Shown here: piece by piece, positions 17,962 to 26,946 of the stretch
Layout of the letters: each line of letters opens with the position of its first letter
Position numbering within the stretch: the first letter of the stretch is position 1
Assembly: GCA_965203835.1 (NCBI GenBank)
Contig: OZ241919.1
Location: forward strand, 694,140-758,139
Source of the DNA: Dehalococcoidia bacterium
Lineage (GTDB): Bacteria > Chloroflexota > Dehalococcoidia > Lucifugimonadales > UBA3495
Direction: 5' to 3'
DNA: 64,000 nucleotides
Notes under the pieces: model-generated
Told to the model about the DNA's origin: nothing
Databases searched by the model: none
Seen by the model: only the letters and a program-made list of their open reading frames with translations
Translations under genes and position numbers: made by a program

Positions 17962-17997
17962 TTCAAGGATCGCCCGAATTGACCTCGGCTTAATCGG

Positions 17998-18381
17998 TCA
18001 ATAGTTGGCCCACTCGTCAGCCTGCCGGATATAGTCTGCGACGTTTCTGATTCGTGACTCAATCACTCTCGGTCTATCCATCAAGCCCCAATAGAAACAT
18101 TCCCCATGAAGCACGGCTTGAAATTCGAAATACAACCGTAGTAACTCAATCAATCGGGGATCGTCATCGCTCAAGTTAATCAGCCCCCTGCTTACTTCCG
18201 GGGAGCGTTCCGGAGTTTGGTCAGTGCGGGCCAGCACCAATGCAGTTGTCGCCCTGTTTACTGCGCCCCAAGCCTTCTCCGCCGCGTCTCGAAGGTCTCC
18301 ATTTTCCATCATGGTCAACGCGGAGTCGTGCAGACCCTTGGCGTCGTTGAAAATCCTGCGTACATCCTGAGATGCGACCAT
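17998..18381 (-). CDS. PaREP1-like / HEPN-superfamily protein
   Basis: GDLRDAAEKAWGA...LH.ECFY; paralog at 52047. Confidence 0.7.
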   Translation of the reverse strand: MVASQDVRRIFNDAKGLHDSALTMMENGDLRDAAEKAWGAVNRATTALVLARTDQTPERSPEVSRGLINLSDDDPRLIELLRLYFEFQAVLHGECFYWGLMDRPRVIESRIRNVADYIRQADEWANY

Positions 18382-18516
18382 TCTCTTTCATCACCTCTAC
18401 CGATTCTCGTCATTATAGTCCAGCTTGGCGCAGGCCCAACTTGTTAGACAACGTTTCTACCTCAGTAATTTGCAACGTCGGCTAACGTTCCCCGTATCCA
18501 ATGTGGGACTTTGACA

Positions 18517-18942
18517 TTAGAAGGTGAGACAACTACAACCGTCCTCGGCCTCTCCCGGAGAATACCGCTCCAACTGTAGCAACAGTTCGTTGCCCAGCCT
18601 TAGCGCCACATTTGAGAACTGGGTCGGGTTGAGCACCTGGCGTCTGTATATGAGTTGCCCAAGCTCGTAATCGGCTTGTGCACGGAGCCACCGCAGGTCG
18701 TTGAGCAGATTACCGACTCTTTTGGCTGTGGAGCCGGATAAGGCATTAAACCGGTGATGAAGTTCGGTGTGTCTCTACCATCGGGAAAGGGGCGGCGAAG
18801 CCGAATTCTCTCGAAAGTATCGACAACAAGCTTCGTGGTGCAGTCCGTAGTAAAGGCGTCCCACGACCATCCAGTGTTGCGCTTCCGATGATGCGTTCGC
18901 AGCTTCGGCTACTCCCAAATGGTAAAATTCAATGGGCTTCAC
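18517..18942 (-). pseudogene. HEPN-domain gene interrupted by in-frame TAG (18777-18775)
   Basis: GTG start overlaps the upstream stop; GRLYYG..H before the TAG; same frame continues RHTELH...LRWLRAQADYEL...CLTF*. Confidence 0.7.
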
Positions 18943-19384
18943 AGGTCGGTAGGGACTACCCCGAAGTATATCCACCGGCCGTAGTCTTCCTGGTCTTCCT
19001 CGGGCCACTCCTTCGACCACTCGCTCACCTTATCAAGAATCTCCCGCGCCAGCGCTTGGGCAACGTCCCAATCGGCATCCACCGTCAGCGTCAGGTCCAA
19101 GTGCAGAGAGTCTTCCTCATCAGGCATGCTTGATAATGAAACCGCGGCGGACTCCAGTTGCCCGGCAGAGAGTCTCAGTGCGGCACGATAAATGTCATTG
19201 AGGACCTTTTCCGAAACGACGTTAAAACGCTTTCCGTTTCCGATGGGAAGTACAAGGGACCAACAGTCCGGTCACGAGGTTCTTCTGACAAACCGTTTTG
19301 GCGAAGTCCCTCCAAACGATCGGTTTCATCCTGTCTGAGCGTCATTTTGAATCGTTCCATCATTACCCTCTCCGGGTCATCCAT
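18939..19384 (-). pseudogene. Probably frameshifted partner (antitoxin-like) gene of the HEPN
   Basis: ORF 19384..19175 overlaps a second frame open from about 19270 (..SEKVLNDIYRAALRL..MPDEEDSL..VPTDL*) whose stop is coupled to the HEPN start. Confidence 0.5.
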
Positions 19385-19416
19385 CCGCTATTGATTGTAC
19401 CAGAGGCCGCGTATAG

Positions 19417-19527
19417 ATGGAGACCTGTTTCTACGACGGTGTCGCCAAGCAGGAAGATGACCTGATTGCCGACTTACGGGAGACGTCGCACTCCATCCGC
19501 GATGCCGAGGCGTTGGCGGGGATCTGA
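19417..19527 (+). pseudogene. C-terminal remnant of a PaREP1-like gene
   Basis: TCFYDGVAKQEDDLIADLRETSHSIRDAEALAG resembles DCFYGGQCEPIEFIADLIGSVSDYIQDAE of 52047..52430. Confidence 0.55.
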
Positions 19528-19568
19528 GCGGTTGTCACCCGCATGGCATCAGATTATGATTTATACCC

Positions 19569-19847
19569 ATGATAATCGGGTTCCGGCACCGTGGGCTGCA
19601 ACGCCTATTTGAGAAGGGCGAACGCAGACGCATCCAGCCTGAGTACATTGACAAGGTGGAAGATATTCTGGCCCGGCTCAATATCGCGACCACCCCACAG
19701 AACGTAGACCTTCCCGGCTACAGATTGCACCGGCTCAGCGGTAACCTGGCCGGTTTCTGGTCGATAGCTGTATCGGGTAATTGGAGAATCATCTTTCAGT
19801 TTCATGATGGCAACGTCACCGACGTGGACTTGGTTGACTATCACTGA
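19569..19847 (+). CDS. higB: HigB (RelE/ParE-like) toxin
   Basis: MI..FRHRGL..LFE.G, PGYRLH.LSG...GFWSI.VSGNWRI.F.F, DLVDYH. Confidence 0.92.
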   Translation: MIIGFRHRGLQRLFEKGERRRIQPEYIDKVEDILARLNIATTPQNVDLPGYRLHRLSGNLAGFWSIAVSGNWRIIFQFHDGNVTDVDLVDYH

Positions 19848-19859
19848 GGAGCCTGCACT

Positions 19860-20660
19860 ATGCCAATGAAGTATCCGCCCCATCCGGGAAGGTCAATACT
19901 TCGCGACTGCATGGAGCCACTGGGAATGAGCGTGGCCGAGACGGCGCAAAAGTTGGGTGTCAGCGCCAACCAACTGCGACGCGTCATCGACGGGCAAGCG
20001 GATATATCCTTCGCAATGGCCGTGGGCCTGGACAAGTTGTTCGGTGGGGGCGCGTCTACCTGGTATCAATTGCAGACGCAGTACGATGAAGCCCAGGAGC
20101 GTAACAAGAACGAGGAGGCCCTCGAAGAGCCCGAGCCATTGTCCATTTACCAGCAGACAGCTACCGTTCCCTTCGAACACGGTCGAGTGGTCTACAAGAC
20201 GTTTGATGCCGAAGTCATTGCCATCCGTATTGTACCGTCTGCCGATCCCAAACTCTCTGATGACCGAAATTATGACGGCGTGGAATTCCGATTTGTCGGG
20301 GAAGGGCCGGGTGCGGTACAAATAAAGATGATCTACCAGCCTTCACCCGATGCCGCTCCATCTTTGGTAGCCGACGTCCTCTTCAAGACATACCTAGTGT
20401 GGGATGCAACATCCGAGGAATATGTGGGGCATATCGATTCAGGGGAATGGAATCGGGAATCTCAGAAGTTGCATGACGGCAAGGAAGTTATGAATGCCCT
20501 TCATGCTCATTTGATGAAACAAGGTTCTGCACCGGCACTGGATGTAGAGACACCGGTTGAATCCAGCCGAGAGTATTACTCTGATATTCTCAGAGACGCC
20601 GAAGAACTCCTTCAAAAAGGCACGGCTTCCGTATCTGCCGCAACACTGGCCGGAGTTTAG
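19860..20660 (+). CDS. higA: HigA-family HTH antitoxin with long C-terminal extension
   Basis: PPHPG..LR..MEPLGMSV.E.A..LGVS...L..VI.G...IS..MA..L...FG....W..LQ.QYD, followed by about 170 extra aa. Confidence 0.8.
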   Translation: MPMKYPPHPGRSILRDCMEPLGMSVAETAQKLGVSANQLRRVIDGQADISFAMAVGLDKLFGGGASTWYQLQTQYDEAQERNKNEEALEEPEPLSIYQQTATVPFEHGRVVYKTFDAEVIAIRIVPSADPKLSDDRNYDGVEFRFVGEGPGAVQIKMIYQPSPDAAPSLVADVLFKTYLVWDATSEEYVGHIDSGEWNRESQKLHDGKEVMNALHAHLMKQGSAPALDVETPVESSREYYSDILRDAEELLQKGTASVSAATLAGV

Positions 20661-20704
20661 CAGTCGTGCCTTATCCTACATGTACCTTCTATCTTGGCCT
20701 TAGT

Positions 20705-21607
20705 TTAGTCCCGACCCGTCTCCCAGGTTATCAGCATCTCTTTCATAGGCTGCCGCCAGAGGGGACGGTATCCTTCAGGGGTACGGGCGAACAGTTCGTC
20801 GACGTAGGTGCTGATGACCGTGCCGGCTCGCAGATGATCGGAGGGGTCCAGCCACGAGCTTTGCAGGGCCATCTGCACCGCCGCCTCTTTTGTGCGGGGC
20901 AAGTCCACTTCCCACCAAGGCAGCTCCGGCAGGACTCTCACGTCGGGCAGAATACCCATCTCCCAAAGAACTGCCAGCAGGTCTGCATGGCCCGACACCG
21001 GGGCTTGGTCCTCGCCATAGACCAATCGGAATATGCGGCCGTCCCGGTGGGGCGGCGGTATGCTCCAAATGGCGATGATCACCCTGCGCCGTGCGGCTGC
21101 TTCCATTTTCTTTACGAACCGGGCGATGTCGCGGACGAAGTAGGTCACGTCGGCGGTGAAGATTACGTCCCCCTCGACACCCTCAACGTCCAGCCAGTCG
21201 GACTGGACGAGCCTGGCGTTGGTTATGCCCGCTTCGGACGCGGACCCGGTGAATTCGGCGCCCATCCCTGGAGAGCGGTCCACGTTGACCACCTCTCGGC
21301 AACGCAGGGCCATCGGCAGGCCCACCCTGCCCGCGCCGCCGCCCACTTCCAGAAACACGTCATCGGGCCGTAAATATCCAGCCACGGCCTCCAGGTTGGG
21401 CGTCAGTCGACGGTGGGGGTCGAAACGGAACAGGCGGGCCAACCGCCCGATCCAGATGTCTCCCGAAGGCCGGGAGCCAAACACACGGCGCTCCTGTTCT
21501 TCCACGCCGTCTATATAGGCGGCGAACCTGTCTGCTGCGTTCATTTGTTGCGTAATCTCACGTCCGAATTTCGCCCGGTCAGCTATTCTCCGGGAAGCAA
21601 CGAGCAC
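20705..21607 (-). CDS. Class I SAM-dependent methyltransferase
   Basis: FLEVGGGAGR, VVNVDRSPGM; start uncertain (ATG at 21544 is an alternative). Confidence 0.8.
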   Translation of the reverse strand: MLVASRRIADRAKFGREITQQMNAADRFAAYIDGVEEQERRVFGSRPSGDIWIGRLARLFRFDPHRRLTPNLEAVAGYLRPDDVFLEVGGGAGRVGLPMALRCREVVNVDRSPGMGAEFTGSASEAGITNARLVQSDWLDVEGVEGDVIFTADVTYFVRDIARFVKKMEAAARRRVIIAIWSIPPPHRDGRIFRLVYGEDQAPVSGHADLLAVLWEMGILPDVRVLPELPWWEVDLPRTKEAAVQMALQSSWLDPSDHLRAGTVISTYVDELFARTPEGYRPLWRQPMKEMLITWETGRD

Positions 21608-21647
21608 TCCGTCTGCCTGTACTGTTCAAGTCGAAAGAACCGGCGAG

Positions 21648-22667
21648 TCAGTACAAGTGGCAAGATACCCAATGGTCCGGGGCTACTTCCTTGAAAACGG
21701 GGATGTCACCGGCGCAACGGTCCATGAAGAAGGGGCAGCGTGGGTGCAGATGACATCCGTGGGGAGGGTCCAACGGCGATGGCACCTCGCCGGTCAGTAT
21801 CAACTCTTCCGGCTCCATTCCGGGACGAGTGGGCAGGGCCGCCGACATCAGGGCCTTGGTGTAGGGGTGCATCGGATTGGTGAACAGTTCCCGTTTTTCA
21901 GCCAACTCCACTATCTGCCCCAAGTACATTACAGCCACCCAATCGCACATGAACCGCACGGTGGCCAAGTGGTGGGCAATCAACAGGTAGCTGGCGCCGT
22001 TTTCCCGTTGGAGGTCCTTCAGCAGGTTCATAATCTGCGCCCTGATAGACACGTCCAAAGCCGATACCGGTTCGTCGAGAACGACTATCTCCGGGGCCAC
22101 CGACAGCGCCCTGGCAATGGCCAGCCGCTGCCGCTGGCCGGTGCTGAACTCGTGGGGGTAGAGGTTCGCGTGGTCGGGGTCGAGCCCCACGTTTTCCAGC
22201 AGGCCGGCCACCCGCTCGTTCCGTTCTGAGTCGGAGAGCCGTCTGTTGACGACCAGCGGTTCGGTCACCAGGTCCCTTACCCGCATCCGCGGGTTCAACG
22301 AACTGCGCGGGTCCTGGAAGACCGCCTGCACCGAAGTGCGGTACTCCCGTTTGCGCGATTCGCTGGCTTTGTGGATGTCCTCTCCCCGGAACAGGACGCT
22401 GCCTTCCGTTGGAGGCTCCAGCATCAACACCATCCTTGCCGTGGTGCTCTTGCCGCAGCCTGACTCTCCGACGATGCCCAAGGTCTCTCCGGCCCTGAGT
22501 TGGAAAGAGACGCCGTCTACCGCCTTCAGCCACCCTACAGACCTTGAAAACAGGAAACCGCTGGCGACCGGGAAGTGTTTTTTCAGGTCCCGCGCTTCCA
22601 GTAGCACGTCCCCACGTTGGGACTTGCTCGTTTGGTCTTCGGCAAGGGTCATGCCACTTTCCAGCAA
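21648..22667 (-). CDS. Oligopeptide/dipeptide ABC transporter ATPase (OppF/DppF-like)
   Basis: GESGCGKST, FQDP.SSLNPR, LDEPVSALDVS, HPYT.AL, GC..HPRCP, SCHL. Confidence 0.92.
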   Translation of the reverse strand: MLESGMTLAEDQTSKSQRGDVLLEARDLKKHFPVASGFLFSRSVGWLKAVDGVSFQLRAGETLGIVGESGCGKSTTARMVLMLEPPTEGSVLFRGEDIHKASESRKREYRTSVQAVFQDPRSSLNPRMRVRDLVTEPLVVNRRLSDSERNERVAGLLENVGLDPDHANLYPHEFSTGQRQRLAIARALSVAPEIVVLDEPVSALDVSIRAQIMNLLKDLQRENGASYLLIAHHLATVRFMCDWVAVMYLGQIVELAEKRELFTNPMHPYTKALMSAALPTRPGMEPEELILTGEVPSPLDPPHGCHLHPRCPFFMDRCAGDIPVFKEVAPDHWVSCHLY

Positions 22668-23635
22668 GCGGAGTAGTGACCCTCAGACACCGGAAGCTCC
22701 GGGGGATACTCCTGGCGGCACCGGTCCATGGTATGAGGACACCGGGCGGCGAAGGGACAGCCCGGCGGCAGATTGTGGAGGGCTGGCGGCTGCCCTTCGA
22801 TAGCGTAGAGGCGGTCAACGTCCTCTTCCATTTTGGGAACGGAGGCCAGCAGCGCTTGGGTATAGGGATGGGCGGCGTTGTCGAAAATGTCCAAAACGCT
22901 GCCTGTTTCCACGATCTTCCCGGCGTACATCACCGCCACCCTGTCACACATCTTGGCGACAATGCCGAAGTCGTGGGTAATGAATATCAGCCCCACGCCC
23001 GACTGTTGCTGCAACTCCTTCAGCAGGTTGAGGTATTGGGCCTGTATGGTCACGTCCAGGGACGTCGTCGGCTCGTCCGCAATCAACACCCTCGGCTGTG
23101 AAGACATTCCGATTGCCCCGGCCACCCGTTGGCGCATCCCCCCGCTCATGTGGTGTGGGTAGTCCCGCACCCTGGTCTCTGCAGCGGGAATCTTCACTTT
23201 TCGCAGCAGGTCAAGGGCCTTTTCCAGAAGGGTACGCCTGGGCGCGTCCTGATGGACCTTGATGGCTTCCGTCACTTGGTTGCCAATGGTGAAGACCGGG
23301 TCCAGCGACGTCATCGGGTCCTGCATGATCAGCCCGATTTCGCTGCCCCGGACGCGGTTCATATCGTCCTCTGTCAAGGCAAGCAGTTCCTGGCCATTGA
23401 GCATGATACTGCCGTCAACAATTTGCCCTTGCGGCGCTGGCACGAGCCGCATCAGCGACAACATGGTCACCGTTTTCCCGCAGCCCGACTCTCCAACGAT
23501 ACCCAGGGTCTCCCCCTGGCGCAGGTTGAAGCTCACGCCGTCCACCGCTTTCACTTCGCCCAACCGCGTGTGGAAGTAGGTGCGGAGTTCCTTTACGTCG
23601 AGGATTACCTCACCGATGGATGGAGTTGTTATCAC
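22649..23635 (-). CDS. Oligopeptide/dipeptide ABC transporter ATPase (OppD/DppD-like)
   Basis: GESGCGKT, QDPMTSLDP, MSGGMRQR, ADEPTT.LDVTIQAQ, GCPFA.RC. Confidence 0.92.
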   Translation of the reverse strand: MITTPSIGEVILDVKELRTYFHTRLGEVKAVDGVSFNLRQGETLGIVGESGCGKTVTMLSLMRLVPAPQGQIVDGSIMLNGQELLALTEDDMNRVRGSEIGLIMQDPMTSLDPVFTIGNQVTEAIKVHQDAPRRTLLEKALDLLRKVKIPAAETRVRDYPHHMSGGMRQRVAGAIGMSSQPRVLIADEPTTSLDVTIQAQYLNLLKELQQQSGVGLIFITHDFGIVAKMCDRVAVMYAGKIVETGSVLDIFDNAAHPYTQALLASVPKMEEDVDRLYAIEGQPPALHNLPPGCPFAARCPHTMDRCRQEYPPELPVSEGHYSACWKVA

Positions 23636-23881
23636 AGGCTGCTATCCCGTGTCATGGGTTGCCGGGACTATACCCCTTTGCCAAGAGGTCCAAGCATGAC
23701 GCCGAGCGTCCGGCGATTCGTATAGTATATCGGACTTATCAAATGGAGACTCCTCCCTTTGGCCGCCATTTCAAGCCCGCCTGATGATATACTCTCCGTG
23801 TCCAGCCACCCCGTGAGGAGTAAAGTTCTCCGCAAGCGGGACGTTCCTAAAGACAATAATACCCTGAACAGGAGAGGGGAA

Positions 23882-25528
23882 ATGCGAACTGTTGACGCCA
23901 TCGCCGAAATTCTAAAGCGGGAAGGGATTGAAAACCTCAGTGGCTTCCCCACAACCCCGATGATCGAGGCCGCCGCCGAGGCAGGCATCCGGCCTGTTAT
24001 CTGCAGACAGGAACGGGTCGGGGTGGGCATTGCCGACGGGTTCAGCCGGGCGACCAACGGCGAAAAAATGGGAGTGTTCGCCATGCAGTACGGTCCGGGG
24101 GCGGAAAACGCCTACGCCGGCGTCGCCACGTCTTATTCCGACTCGGTCCCGGTGCTTCTGTTGCCTCTGGGGCACCCACGGTCCCGCCAAGGAATCCTTC
24201 CTCATTTCAGTTCCATGACCAACTACGCCGGTGTGAACAAGTACATCGAGCAAATCAACACTCCCGAACGGACCAGCGAGGTAATGCGCCGCGCGTTCGC
24301 CGCGCTGAGGCAGGGCCGTTCGGGGCCGGTGATGGTGGAAATTCCCGCCGACATAGCCTTGGAGGAAGTCGCTGAGGAGGACTTCTTCTACCAAGCCAGC
24401 AGGCCGGTATTGGCGCAGGCCAACCCACGGGACGTGGAAGCGGCAGCACGAGCGCTGTGCAACGCCAGGCACCCCGTCATACACGCCGGGCAGGGTGTGT
24501 TGTATGCCGACGCCACGGATGACTTGGTGGAACTGGCCGAGTTGTTGCAGGTGCCGGTAATGACTACGTTGCTGGGCAAGAGCGCCTTTCCCGAGGTACA
24601 TCCCTTGGCGTTGGGAAGCGGCACCGGTGTCATGTCCGGCACCGTACATCACTTCGTGAGCCGCTCTGATGTCATATTCGGCATCGGCAGCAGCTTCACC
24701 AAGCATGGCATGTGCATGAACATCCCGGCGGGCAAGACGTTGGTCCAAGCGACCAACGACCCCAGGGACATCAACAAGGACTACGTTATCGACCATCCCA
24801 TAGTCGGGGACGCCAAGCTGGTGCTGCGGCAGATGATCGAGGCCTGCAAGGACATCGTGGGTGACAGCCGCTCCGGTGACCAAGCCACGGCCAACGAGAT
24901 ACGCTCTACCAGGGACGCATGGCTGGCGCAGTGGAACGCTAAGCTGACCAGCAACCAAGCCCCCATCAACCCCTACCGGGTTATATGGGACTTCATGCAG
25001 GCCATCCCACCGGAAGACGCCATCGTCACCCACGACTCCGGCAGTCCCAGGGACCAGATCATGCCCTTCTACCGCTCCAACGGGCCGCGCACCTACTTGG
25101 GGTGGGGCAAGTCCCACGGCCTTGGCACCGGGTTGGGACTGGTCATCGGCGCAAAGATGGCCAAGCCGGAGAAGGTCTGCGTCAACTTCATGGGAGACGC
25201 AGCGTTCGGCATGACCGGCCTGGACTTCGAGACTGCGGTCCGGTCGAATCTGCCTATCATCACCGTGGTCCTCAACAACTCCACCATGGCCGTGGAGACC
25301 GATGCCATGCAAGCCTCGCACGCGCTGTACAACACCCGCGACCTGGGCGGGAACTACGCCGACATGGGCCGGGCCATGGGCGGATACGCGGAGCGCATTG
25401 AGGACCCCGCCGAGGTCATTCCCGCGTTCCAGCGGGCCCGCAGGGTCACCGAGGAGGATGGCCGGGCCGTATTGCTGGAGTTCATCACCAGCGCCGAGAC
25501 GGAGAGGTCCTATCCCAGGGGGTTCTGA
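23882..25528 (+). CDS. Thiamine pyrophosphate-requiring enzyme (acetolactate synthase-like superfamily)
   Basis: RQERVG..IADG, GPGAENA, GPV.VEIP.D, MGDAAFGMTG...NN; GGAGAGG RBS before ATG 23882. Confidence 0.9.
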   Translation: MRTVDAIAEILKREGIENLSGFPTTPMIEAAAEAGIRPVICRQERVGVGIADGFSRATNGEKMGVFAMQYGPGAENAYAGVATSYSDSVPVLLLPLGHPRSRQGILPHFSSMTNYAGVNKYIEQINTPERTSEVMRRAFAALRQGRSGPVMVEIPADIALEEVAEEDFFYQASRPVLAQANPRDVEAAARALCNARHPVIHAGQGVLYADATDDLVELAELLQVPVMTTLLGKSAFPEVHPLALGSGTGVMSGTVHHFVSRSDVIFGIGSSFTKHGMCMNIPAGKTLVQATNDPRDINKDYVIDHPIVGDAKLVLRQMIEACKDIVGDSRSGDQATANEIRSTRDAWLAQWNAKLTSNQAPINPYRVIWDFMQAIPPEDAIVTHDSGSPRDQIMPFYRSNGPRTYLGWGKSHGLGTGLGLVIGAKMAKPEKVCVNFMGDAAFGMTGLDFETAVRSNLPIITVVLNNSTMAVETDAMQASHALYNTRDLGGNYADMGRAMGGYAERIEDPAEVIPAFQRARRVTEEDGRAVLLEFITSAETERSYPRGF

Positions 25529-25611
25529 CCATCCTCACCGGCAGTCTGTATAGACGCTACGGCGTTCACTATGGTCTCCATTGACCTAGCGGTAGGAGAA
25601 TAGCGGAACCC

Positions 25612-26517
25612 ATGCTCGACCCCAGAATCAAAGCCGACCCGGTCGCCCTCGCAATAGCGCAAGCGGCACAGGAGGCCGCCGAACCGGCGGTGGTAATCCT
25701 ATTCGGCTCCCGGGCGCGCGGCGACCATCACGAGCATTCCGACGTAGACCTGCTGGTCGTCGCCGATGACGAAAATCCAAGAAAAGCGGAATTCGCCGCT
25801 TACGACGGGGCCAAGAGCCACAGTGAAAAGACCGGGATAGACCTTTCAACAAACGTTATCTCGATGACCAAGGAAGAATTCCGCCGTTGCCGGCTGGCCA
25901 AACAGCACATCGCGGGGCAGGCAGACACCCAGGGAGTAATCATGAGCCGGGAGATACCGGACTTCTCTATGGATACGCCGGACGATGACTACCCTGACCA
26001 TTGGCCCGCAACCAGGCAACGCCTCCAAAACACCGGAGAGTACAGCCACGAATTTAATCAGATGATCGAAGAAAAACATTGGAACCAGAGAACAATAGGC
26101 TTTTTTGCACAACAGGCCGTTGAAAACGCCCTGAAGGGCTGGTTGTCGGCGCACAACGACGACCGGAATTGGGACCATGACTTGAACAGGCTATGGGAAG
26201 GCGGCCAGGAAAAAGAAAACTGGGCCACCCCAGAATTGCAGCCGGTCTACGAATCGGTAATAGAACTCTTGGATCACACCGGGTATGAAGACCCTGAACG
26301 ACCGGGGAGGGAAAGCAACTGGCTGTCCAACTATGCCGTAATATACCGCTACGGAGGGACTTCATACCGAATGACCCAAGCCGAACGGTTGGCATTGCAG
26401 GAGAAAGTAAACGACGCAGTATCAGCCATAGTCGCCAGGATACACGTCATCAGCGGCACCACCGATGACGACGTATGGCCGGAGGGCGTGCGGCCCTGGG
26501 ACACCACGCCGGAGTAG
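25612..26517 (+). CDS. Fused minimal nucleotidyltransferase (MNT)-HEPN protein
   Basis: LFGSRARGDHHEHSDVDL (GS-x10-DxD); C-half AQQAVENALKG.L...HDL..L, YAV.YRY. Confidence 0.8.
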   Translation: MLDPRIKADPVALAIAQAAQEAAEPAVVILFGSRARGDHHEHSDVDLLVVADDENPRKAEFAAYDGAKSHSEKTGIDLSTNVISMTKEEFRRCRLAKQHIAGQADTQGVIMSREIPDFSMDTPDDDYPDHWPATRQRLQNTGEYSHEFNQMIEEKHWNQRTIGFFAQQAVENALKGWLSAHNDDRNWDHDLNRLWEGGQEKENWATPELQPVYESVIELLDHTGYEDPERPGRESNWLSNYAVIYRYGGTSYRMTQAERLALQEKVNDAVSAIVARIHVISGTTDDDVWPEGVRPWDTTPE

Positions 26518-26574
26518 ATCAGTTCATCCGGCAGAGAGATTCGGAATCTACCAATTTTTGACAGGAGCCTGACG

Positions 26575-26937
26575 ATGGCACAGAAATCCAAGTACTTGTT
26601 CATAGCCAGCATGGACGTGGAGGCGGCCAAGGAGGCCTTGTTCAACGAGGTATATGACACGGAGCATTGCCCGGAATTGAGCAAGGTGGCGGGAGTGGGG
26701 AACATCACCCGGTTCGAGACCCAGCCCTTCAAGGTGCTGATAGGGGGCGAGACACGGATCATACAGCCCGACGGCCAGCCCCGATTCCACGCCATGTACG
26801 AAATAGAGAGTCCTGATGTCCTCATATCGGATGCGTGGGGCGAAGCCGTGGAGTTGGGCCGCTGGCCGGAGCAGGTGCGCCCCTATACCACCAACCGCCG
26901 CCACACGCTGCTCAAGCTCACCTATCCGCAGGGGTAG
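26575..26937 (+). CDS. Small dimeric alpha+beta barrel (EthD/DUF4286-like) protein
   Basis: FNEVYD.EH.PEL..V.GV....RF, A.YEIESP.VL.S..W; AGGAG RBS. Confidence 0.65.
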   Translation: MAQKSKYLFIASMDVEAAKEALFNEVYDTEHCPELSKVAGVGNITRFETQPFKVLIGGETRIIQPDGQPRFHAMYEIESPDVLISDAWGEAVELGRWPEQVRPYTTNRRHTLLKLTYPQG

Positions 26938-26946
26938 GGCGCGCGG

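Noticed and set aside
18775-18777. Pyrrolysine at the in-frame TAG
   Set aside because: No pyl genes in view, not a known Pyl family, and the neighbouring gene also looks broken; decay is simpler.
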